Shown here: piece by piece, positions 57,523-64,000 of the stretch
How positions within the stretch are numbered: position 1 is the stretch's first letter
How the letters are laid out: each line of letters begins with the position of its first letter
Virus record (IMG/VR): IMGVR_UViG_2547132108_000003
Coordinates: 854-64,853 of that record
DNA length: 64,000 bases
Source: a virus
Lineage: Duplodnaviria > Caudoviricetes
Strand: one strand, 5' to 3'
Made by a program: the position numbers and the translations under genes
The notes under the pieces: generated by a model
Databases searched by the model: none
Told to the model about the DNA's origin: nothing
Seen by the model: the letters and a program-made list of their open reading frames with translations, nothing else

Positions 57523-57987
57523 ATGGCTGGCGTAGCTACTGATGGTTCAAAGATTGTTGATTCTATTAAATCTGGTCATGTGACATATAAAATTGAGTCA
57601 TATCAATGTGTCTCATGGGGTCCATTTGGTTGTACTGGTTATGGATGGGTCCCAACAGGTTCTGGAAGCACTAATGCAAAAATAACTGGTCAAGTAACTG
57701 TTCCATCATCCAAAATGAAATTGTCAGGAAAAAATGTGGCAAAGATTGGAGACTACACGACCGAATTATGGGTTGCCGATCCTCCCATTCCCTCAAGCTC
57801 AGGCAATACAAGATATATTGCAACATCACCAATTTCAGGAAGTGGTCAAGGAACAATTTCATCTGGTAGCGCAAAAGGGAAACTAGAAGGACAGGCAATT
57901 GCTTTAATTGGCTCACAAGTTACAACTTGTCTGGGAACAACTACTACAATTGCTGATGGTGATACAAAAATGAAGTTTGGAAGTTAA
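57523..57987 (+). CDS. PAAR-like spike-tip protein
   Basis: SKMKLSGKNVAKIGD, SGSAKGKLEGQAIALIGS repeats; His/Cys residues; follows spike-like C-terminus. Confidence 0.65.
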   Translation: MAGVATDGSKIVDSIKSGHVTYKIESYQCVSWGPFGCTGYGWVPTGSGSTNAKITGQVTVPSSKMKLSGKNVAKIGDYTTELWVADPPIPSSSGNTRYIATSPISGSGQGTISSGSAKGKLEGQAIALIGSQVTTCLGTTTTIADGDTKMKFGS

Positions 57988-58072
57988 TTTAAACTAAACT
58001 ATATGGATAAATCTTCCGATATAGTATTATAAGTATATACATCAAAAGTACTATATCGGAGGTCATAAGCAC

Positions 58073-58801
58073 ATGAAGAAATTTGTAGCTGGAGTTTTAG
58101 TTGGAGCAGTTGTTGCTACTGCTGGATCGGCACTTGCTGCACAGAATGAAACCATTTCTGCAACATTCGCAGAGTTTAATATTCTTGTTAATGGAGAGAA
58201 AGCAAGTCTTAGTGATAAACCAGTAGTAATTGAAGGTAGTTCCTATTTGCCTGTAAGAGCGATTAGTAATACTTTGGGCTATCAAGTTCAATATAATGGT
58301 GAATCGAGAACGATTTCTTTGGCGAACGATGGAAAGAAATACTTGGAGACAGATGATTCGAATGCGCAGCCAGCAGGAAAAGTGGAGGACAATAAAGTAG
58401 TGGTAAACGGAAGTGCTGTTAAGGATTTAAAAGGGAAGTATTCGAAGGATGGAAAACTTGATGCAGAATTGATCAAGAAAGCAATTGATTCGAAAGAACT
58501 TTCTGTTAATGCTCAAGATGAGTCGAGTGGTGATAGTTTATTGATTCTTGCAATTAAGGAAAACAACTTTGCTGCATATCAAGTTCTGAAGGATAATAAA
58601 GTTGATCCTGAACTTGCAAATAAAGAGGGGAAACGTCCGATTCACATTGCTGCTATTCTCAAAAACAGATTCTATATTAGTGAGTTAACTTCCCATTACA
58701 AAGTCGATGCAAAAGCAACTGATTCTGAAGGTAAGAAGGCAATCGATTACATTGAGAAAAATTCAGAAGTTTATGATAGCTTGAAACCTTTCTCAAAATA
58801 A
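58073..58801 (+). CDS. secreted stalk-domain (Cu amine oxidase N-like) protein with ankyrin repeats
   Basis: Signal peptide; ILVNG..KPVVIEGSSYLPVRAIS..LG..V.YN; DSLLILAI..NKEGKRPIHIAA..DSEGKKAIDY. Confidence 0.85.
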   Translation: MKKFVAGVLVGAVVATAGSALAAQNETISATFAEFNILVNGEKASLSDKPVVIEGSSYLPVRAISNTLGYQVQYNGESRTISLANDGKKYLETDDSNAQPAGKVEDNKVVVNGSAVKDLKGKYSKDGKLDAELIKKAIDSKELSVNAQDESSGDSLLILAIKENNFAAYQVLKDNKVDPELANKEGKRPIHIAAILKNRFYISELTSHYKVDAKATDSEGKKAIDYIEKNSEVYDSLKPFSK

Positions 58802-58901
58802 GAATCTACTATTAAATTAGCTCTTATGGTATAATAATCCAATCACAATAGAATCGGCTTTATGGGCGGTCGGCTAGCCTCTCGGAAGGGAGGTGATGCC
58901 T

Positions 58902-58985
58902 GTGGAGGTATACCAAGCAATAACCTTAATGTTCATGTTTGGAATGTTCATTTTGGCTCTGCTTAATTACCTTAAAAAGAAATAG
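58902..58985 (+). CDS. type I toxin, BsrE/BsrH-like holin-like peptide (MEVYQAITLMFMFGMFILALLNYLKKK)
   Basis: Hand-translated; GGGAGGTG RBS in a hairpin; alternative ATG at 58896; extended -10 TGGTATAAT upstream. Confidence 0.85.
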   Translation: MEVYQAITLMFMFGMFILALLNYLKKK

Positions 58986-59098
58986 ACCGCCCTTTTGACT
59001 AGGGAAGCGGTCTATTCCTTTGCTGCCTTACCTATGTTTAAAGCCAACCGCCCTTAAAAGCGGCTATTGTGTGGGAGTCGTGTTGGTCGCACGGCTCT
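58973..59098 (-). ncRNA. antitoxin sRNA convergent with the BsrH-like toxin
   Basis: TATAAT at 59105-59110 (-); 5' GAGCCGTGCGACCAACACGACTC hairpin; terminator AATAGACCGC/GCGGTCTATT + T-run overlapping the toxin stop. Confidence 0.75.
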
Positions 59099-59291
59099 CT
59101 TTTCATTATATACTGCTTATTGGTATTTTATCACAATTAACTTTAAAATTGTACTCTAAAATTTACTACGACTTTCAAACGTAAATAAGGCATTTTTTCA
59201 AGTGCATTGACTTTCTCATCCTGAAAATGGTAAAGTAAATATGCTGACAGTGTAAAACTCTGTTGGCAATAAAACCTAAAGGAGAGATTGA

Positions 59292-60119
59292 ATGAGTAAA
59301 GAAAATAATCAATTGGTGGTAAAAGAAGTAGATTTTCAAGGTGCTACATTGCTGGGAGTACAGACTGAGGACGGTAAGATTTGGGCAGGAGTTCGATGGA
59401 TGTGTGAGGGAATTGGTTTTAGTGAAAAACAGAAGGATCGTCAAGTGAGCAACATTCAAAATGATCTTGTACTCAAAAAGGGATCAAAAAAGCTGTCCCT
59501 CAAATTTGGGGGACAGGTCAGAGAAGTACTCGTGCTAGAATTAGACTTTCTCCCCTTGTGGCTTGCAAAAATTTCAATCACTCCAGCAATGCAAGAAACT
59601 CACGCTAGTGTTGTTGAGCGACTTGTTGAATATCAGTTAAAAGCAAAAGATGTATTAGCAAGAGAATTTGTACATAGCCCTATTCAAGAATATCTCACGT
59701 GGGATGAAGATGAGCGAGCAATCGCATATTTTAATGAAAGAAAACAAAAAAAGATTCTTGAGCAACAAATTCAAATACAAGCACCAAAGATTTCATATTA
59801 TGACTTAATTCTTCAATCGAGTAGTCTTATCGCTACCACAGATATTGCAAAAGACTACGGCCTAACTGCACAGAAATTAAATAAAATTTTGATGACAGCG
59901 AAAATACAATATAAACGTGGTAAAAAATGGTATTTGTATGATGACTATGCAAAACAAGGATTAGCCCAATCAACTACAGAGTTAATTGAAACAGAATCAG
60001 TATCTTTTGCTTCGCAGCATTTAAAATGGACACAGACAGGAAGAGTATTTATACATAACCTTTTAAAAGATCTGGGGATCAGTCCAATTGTTGATCAAGA
60101 ATTTAAAGAAGCACGATAA
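59292..60119 (+). CDS. phage antirepressor (P22_AR_N + KilAC)
   Basis: VDFQGATLLGV..MCEGIG; APKISYYD..DIAKDYGLTAQKLNKIL..QYK..WTQTGRVFI. Confidence 0.9.
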   Translation: MSKENNQLVVKEVDFQGATLLGVQTEDGKIWAGVRWMCEGIGFSEKQKDRQVSNIQNDLVLKKGSKKLSLKFGGQVREVLVLELDFLPLWLAKISITPAMQETHASVVERLVEYQLKAKDVLAREFVHSPIQEYLTWDEDERAIAYFNERKQKKILEQQIQIQAPKISYYDLILQSSSLIATTDIAKDYGLTAQKLNKILMTAKIQYKRGKKWYLYDDYAKQGLAQSTTELIETESVSFASQHLKWTQTGRVFIHNLLKDLGISPIVDQEFKEAR

Positions 60120-60183
60120 AATGAATAATAAATAATATGATATTAAATCCTCTGATAACTTATCAGAGGATTATTTGATGTAA

Positions 60184-60474
60184 TCATTCTAGGTCAGCAT
60201 GTTCATCAGCTTCTTCGGCCAAAGCGATTTGTGATTGAGTATAAGGATGAGGAGTCGCATTGTTTCCAAATTTAGAATGAAAATGTTTATAAAAATCGTA
60301 TGGGCCATACTTTCTAAAAAGTTTCATTTCTTCTTCAATAACGTACTCATCCATTAGTCTAACAGCAAAATTACTTGCGCTTCTCCCTTCTTTGTCGGCC
60401 AGATTTTGTATTTTCATTTTTAATTCTTTATCTATTATTAAGGTAAATCTATCATTTTTTTCAGATATAGTCAT
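60184..60474 (-). CDS. ribbon-helix-helix (CopG/Arc-like) regulator
   Basis: DRFTLIIDKELKMKIQNLADKEGRSASNFAVRLM; ATG 60474 with AAGGAG RBS. Confidence 0.8.
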   Translation of the reverse strand: MTISEKNDRFTLIIDKELKMKIQNLADKEGRSASNFAVRLMDEYVIEEEMKLFRKYGPYDFYKHFHSKFGNNATPHPYTQSQIALAEEADEHADLE

Positions 60475-60505
60475 AACTTCTCTCCTTAAACTAAATCTAA
60501 TTAGA

Positions 60506-60588
60506 ATTATATATGGTTTATAAAAGAATCTCAACCCTTAAGTAGTATTTATAAACGTTTGACAAATGGTTTATAAACCTTTTATAAT
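60506..60588. promoter_or_regulatory. divergent sigmaA promoters sharing a GGTTTATAAA(CC) operator
   Basis: Minus TTGAGA-17-TATAAT (60506-60534); plus TTGACA-18-TATAAT (60559-60588); motif at 60515, 60548 (partial) and 60568. Confidence 0.8.
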
Positions 60589-60636
60589 CTATTTATTGAG
60601 AATTAATTCCATACCATAATAGGAGAGTGAGTCAAT

Positions 60637-61077
60637 ATGGCAAAGAGCGTTAAGCGTATTTTTTTTCAAAGTTATAATAACAAATGGCAGCTTTCAACAT
60701 TCCAGAGCAACCATTTAGCATCATTGAATGATCTTAATGAATGGGCTTGTGTGGGTGGATTATTCAAAGACTTGATTGTTCAAGTTACTGATGGATTCTT
60801 TGAGTGGCATAACAATACATACATCGACACTTTTGGTCAAATGCAGTATGCAGGTGAGTATGAGGAAGTATTGGACTTAAAGAGTTTGCTTTTGGATATT
60901 CTTGAGGATATGGAATTTGAGGATTCATATGAATATGAGACTGTTATTGGATGGACTAACTGGAGATGTAGAAAGTTCCTTGGGTGGTCAAGTTTAGACT
61001 TTGGCAAGTTATTAAGTGAGATTAGGGAATTTGATTCAATAAACAATAGAGTCACTAAACCTACAATATCCGCATGA
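60637..61077 (+). CDS. acidic hypothetical protein
   Basis: 146 aa, AGGAG RBS, behind a consensus promoter. Confidence 0.75.
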   Translation: MAKSVKRIFFQSYNNKWQLSTFQSNHLASLNDLNEWACVGGLFKDLIVQVTDGFFEWHNNTYIDTFGQMQYAGEYEEVLDLKSLLLDILEDMEFEDSYEYETVIGWTNWRCRKFLGWSSLDFGKLLSEIREFDSINNRVTKPTISA

Positions 61078-61117
61078 AACTAATTCTTCTCTCCCACATT
61101 CCAAACAAACGTTCCGT

Positions 61118-61145
61118 AGGAATATGTTCCCATTTGTCGTATAAT
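61118..61145 (+). promoter_or_regulatory. sigmaH-like promoter overlapping a TATAAT
   Basis: AGGAATA-N11-GTCGTAT; TCCCATTT/AAATGGGA inverted repeat reaching the RBS. Confidence 0.45.
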
Positions 61146-61153
61146 GGAACAAA

Positions 61154-61516
61154 ATGGGAGGGGTAACTTTGGAGAAGAACACTCAAAAAAGCAAAGAGCA
61201 ACTTCAAGAAGAAGCACGAATCCAATTTTATGGTGCTGTAAGAAACAAGAATTCATACCCATTAACCGATAATTCCATTGCACAAGCAATTAAGATAATT
61301 GCTATCTCAGAAATAGTTCTGGGTATTATTTTGGGGATTATCTTCGCAAATCAAGAAGATGCAACATCACTTCGGCACGAAACATCATTCCGATGGAGTA
61401 TAGCAATCATATGGTGGATCGCTACATTTATCTTTGGCTTCTTAATCCTTGGATTTTCCGAAATAATTAGGCTTCTGCATGAAATTAATGAGAAGAACAA
61501 TCTAATAAAAAAATAA
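61154..61516 (+). CDS. two-TM membrane protein (moron)
   Basis: Two hydrophobic helices; FSEIIRLLHEI ending; terminator follows. Confidence 0.75.
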   Translation: MGGVTLEKNTQKSKEQLQEEARIQFYGAVRNKNSYPLTDNSIAQAIKIIAISEIVLGIILGIIFANQEDATSLRHETSFRWSIAIIWWIATFIFGFLILGFSEIIRLLHEINEKNNLIKK

Positions 61517-61597
61517 GGAATTAGCCACTCAAATAAAGGGTGGCTTTTTATTTTGCAATAAAATATCACTTTCATCGGGATAAAAAGGAGTCATACT

Positions 61598-61765
61598 ATG
61601 AAAGTAAAAATTCAAAACGTTGAAATTGAAGGTACTCCAGAAGAAGTTCGCACTTTTCTTAATTTGCTACAAAATAAAAAAGCCATTTCAAAAGCTCCAA
61701 ATGTGTCGTGGTATACAACTACATGTGAAACCCTAAATTGGGATACTGGAACAATCACTAATTAA
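61598..61765 (+). CDS. 55-aa ORF (MKVKIQNVEIEGTPEEV...)
   Basis: Hand-translated; AAAGGAG RBS. Confidence 0.6.
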   Translation: MKVKIQNVEIEGTPEEVRTFLNLLQNKKAISKAPNVSWYTTTCETLNWDTGTITN

Positions 61766-61783
61766 ACGAAAATTGATACGGAG

Positions 61784-62959
61784 GTGACAAAACTGATATC
61801 ACATTTATACGACCAATATAATGATCCATTGCTTATCACATGGCGCAAGGGAACGCCAGACGACGCATTCAAGGAAAGAATGGACTCGTTACCTGTCATC
61901 AATAATCAGATAACATTGCTTGAAATTCCATCTCAATTTCACAAAGTTAAAATTGCTGGCTTCACAGAAATCGATCAAGAAGTTTTCGACAGACGAAATA
62001 CTGAGCTTCAACCAAATGAGATCCTAGTCAATTATTCAAATGGGAATATTCAATTCCATCCTTCTCATGAGGCGAAAACTTTTCTTTGTACATACTTTGG
62101 CCGTGGTCTCATTCTATATCCAGCAACCAGAATATACGCTCTTATTCAACGAAATCCAGATGTGACAAAGACTCTACAGGAAATTATTGAAGAGATACAC
62201 AAGCGAATGGAAGAGTATTCTTCTCTTCTTACAGAGGTACGCGAAGCAATTTCAAAAGCAAGAAATGCAACTGATAATGCGAATCGTGCGGCAGATAATG
62301 CCGTTTTAGCAAAAGAAGGAGCAATTGATGCTACGAACAAAGCCCTTGAAGCTGCCGCAAGTACAATCATGATCTATAAAGAACCTGTGCCTAAATTTGA
62401 TGATCTAAAGAAAATCCACCCAAACCCAGAGAATGGATGGAGGGTAATGATTGAAAGTACAGGTGACATTTATCGATATGATGGCATCAAGGACAATGCT
62501 TGGAAACTGATTGATAATTACAGTGGAACATCGTTACCTTATGCTTCAGAGATTTCTAATGGATTACTCAAGAAAGAAGACTTCTCAAATTTCATTCATC
62601 GACATGTTATTTTCTCTATTCCTCATATTCCAAATATGGGAGTGCAGAATTATACTCAGCAATTCCCATTTGATGGACAAATTGATAAAGTGGCTGCTAT
62701 TTGTACAAAGTCAGGTATGATTTCTCCAACTGAAATTCAAGTTGAGAAAATCGATGAGTCTAAATATGACCCGAATGGTCAATGGGAGAGTATCTTTTAT
62801 CAAAATATTATTTTTCAACCAAACGAATATAAAGGTTCGACACCAACTGTAAAAGCATCACAGATAAACAAAGGTGATTACTTAAGGATCAACCTTGTCC
62901 AACTAGACAACAACATTAAAGGTCTAACTATTCAGTTGGATATAAAAACAAAATATTAA
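61784..62959 (+). CDS. YomF-like tail/baseplate structural protein
   Basis: YNDP..LLEIP..VNYSNGNIQF..YFGRG..YPATRI; coiled coil; PNPENGW.V..IYRYDG. Confidence 0.75.
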   Translation: MTKLISHLYDQYNDPLLITWRKGTPDDAFKERMDSLPVINNQITLLEIPSQFHKVKIAGFTEIDQEVFDRRNTELQPNEILVNYSNGNIQFHPSHEAKTFLCTYFGRGLILYPATRIYALIQRNPDVTKTLQEIIEEIHKRMEEYSSLLTEVREAISKARNATDNANRAADNAVLAKEGAIDATNKALEAAASTIMIYKEPVPKFDDLKKIHPNPENGWRVMIESTGDIYRYDGIKDNAWKLIDNYSGTSLPYASEISNGLLKKEDFSNFIHRHVIFSIPHIPNMGVQNYTQQFPFDGQIDKVAAICTKSGMISPTEIQVEKIDESKYDPNGQWESIFYQNIIFQPNEYKGSTPTVKASQINKGDYLRINLVQLDNNIKGLTIQLDIKTKY

Positions 62960-63008
62960 TAAATGGCACTCAGTTTTGAGTGTTCTTTTTTTGAGGGAGG
63001 AATCGAAG

Positions 63009-63980
63009 ATAATTATTAGCAAGACGACAATAGTCAAGTGGGGATCACGTGAAAAGCAATACTACGTAAATTTAGGATATAAATTCACAAAGACAGGCGA
63101 TCTTTTTGAGGTAAAAATCGATCATCTTAAATTTAATAGCCATGCGAAAATTTTAGTTAAATGTGATTACTGCGGAGAACTTTTGAGAAAAACCTATTCT
63201 AAGGTTACCTTTGGAAGGGAAGTTGTCCCAAAAGATGCTTGCAAGTTTTGTAGATTTATTAAAGCAAAAGAAATAAATTATATTAAATATGGAGTTGACA
63301 ATACAAGCAAATTAAAAGAGAACAGAATCAAAATTTCCAGTTCACTGAAAACACCGTTTGAAACTGTTGTAAAATTGTTTAACGAGAAAAATCTAACAGT
63401 GTCTTGTGATGAGTTTTATTGGAAGACACATGATAAGTTGAAGTATTTTTGTAACATTCATCCAAATGAGGGCATTCAAGAAATTACATTGCGTGGTATA
63501 AAAGAGAATACTGGGTGTAGAGCTTGTTGGTTAGATCGAATTTCTGGTAAAAACAGTGTCCATTGGCGAGGAGGTATTAGTGAGCTAATACTTTACATTA
63601 GAAGTAGAACTTTAAATGAATGGAAAAAGAAGAGTTTAGATGTTTATTCATTTAAGTGTGCTATTACTAATGAATATGGAAATCTTGAAGTTCATCATCT
63701 CTATCCCTTTCACAAAATATTTCGCGAGTCACATGAAGAATTAAAAATTCCAATAAAATTAAAGTTAAATGATTACACTGACAAAGAGGTACAAGATATT
63801 AAACAATTAATATTACAAAAACATAATGCTCTACTAGGGGTACCTCTAAAAAAAGAGATTCATTCTTTATTCCATCAAGTGTATGGATATGATGTCACTC
63901 CAGAGCAATTTTATTTGTTTAAACAAAATTATGAAAATAATCTTTATGATTATTTGGTAGTGAATAATAAATATATTTGA
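63009..63980 (+). CDS. HNH homing endonuclease (probable AUA/AUU start)
   Basis: YVNLGYKF..KILVKCDYCG; KCAIT..LEVHHLYPF..GVPL...H..FH..YG; GGGAGG 8 nt before ATA 63009, while the track TTG lies in a terminator. Confidence 0.8.
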   Translation: MIISKTTIVKWGSREKQYYVNLGYKFTKTGDLFEVKIDHLKFNSHAKILVKCDYCGELLRKTYSKVTFGREVVPKDACKFCRFIKAKEINYIKYGVDNTSKLKENRIKISSSLKTPFETVVKLFNEKNLTVSCDEFYWKTHDKLKYFCNIHPNEGIQEITLRGIKENTGCRACWLDRISGKNSVHWRGGISELILYIRSRTLNEWKKKSLDVYSFKCAITNEYGNLEVHHLYPFHKIFRESHEELKIPIKLKLNDYTDKEVQDIKQLILQKHNALLGVPLKKEIHSLFHQVYGYDVTPEQFYLFKQNYENNLYDYLVVNNKYI

Positions 63981-64000
63981 TTATCCATTTTGCTCAGGTC

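Larger units (their letters stand above)
1..64000. mobile_element. SPbeta-like large temperate phage/prophage segment (early region, YonO-type late operon, tail, morons)
   Basis: Gene order RNAP-HU-YonK-phosphoesterase-terminase-portal-protease-capsid-neck-tube-recombinase-TMP-Dit-tail matches SPbeta yonO to yomF; no housekeeping genes; boundaries not in window. Confidence 0.95.

Noticed and set aside
1810-61575. Numerous 60-150-aa ORFs in the track antisense to or nested in long genes (e.g. 7583, 9273, 18100, 29919, 33414, 47941)
   Set aside because: Shadow ORFs with F/L/S/I-biased composition, no RBS, overlapping well-supported genes
1-64000. CRISPR array, rRNA, tRNA, IS elements, att site, lysis cassette
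   Set aside because: No regular repeat-spacer array, RNA gene, transposase, holin/endolysin or host junction recognised in this window

Overview
The whole 64-kb window is an AT-rich segment of a large SPbeta-like temperate phage or prophage. The host is probably Paenibacillaceae, judging by the stalk-domain and YolD-like genes. No host genes, att site or lysis cassette were identified. Positions 1-21 kb hold mostly minus-strand early/accessory genes: many small hypotheticals, a DUF262 gene, an N6-methyltransferase-SF2 helicase fusion, an HNH-AP2 endonuclease, a polyvalent-type protein, an XRE switch, a YonT-like type I toxin with an antisense RNA, an AEP primase-CHC2 protein and a tyrosine recombinase. 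Positions 21-58 kb hold a plus-strand late operon syntenic with SPbeta: YonO-type RNA polymerase, HU, YonK, phosphoesterase, terminase, portal, protease/scaffold, capsid, neck, tail tube, a second recombinase, tape measure, Dit and tail-tip genes. Positions 58-64 kb hold morons (stalk-ankyrin protein, BsrH-like type I TA, antirepressor, RHH cassette), a YomF-like tail gene and an HNH gene. The most unusual feature is the large tail gene, which appears broken at TPDG|IIAEQ. The gap carries a Vsr-like homing endonuclease, and the C-terminal half starts from an AUU codon with a proteasome-beta-like Ntn-hydrolase domain (Ser1/Asp17/Lys37). The Dit gene is also split around a carbohydrate-binding gene, and a PAAR-like gene follows a spike-like C-terminus although no tail sheath gene is visible. 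All family assignments come from motif recognition by eye, not database searches.
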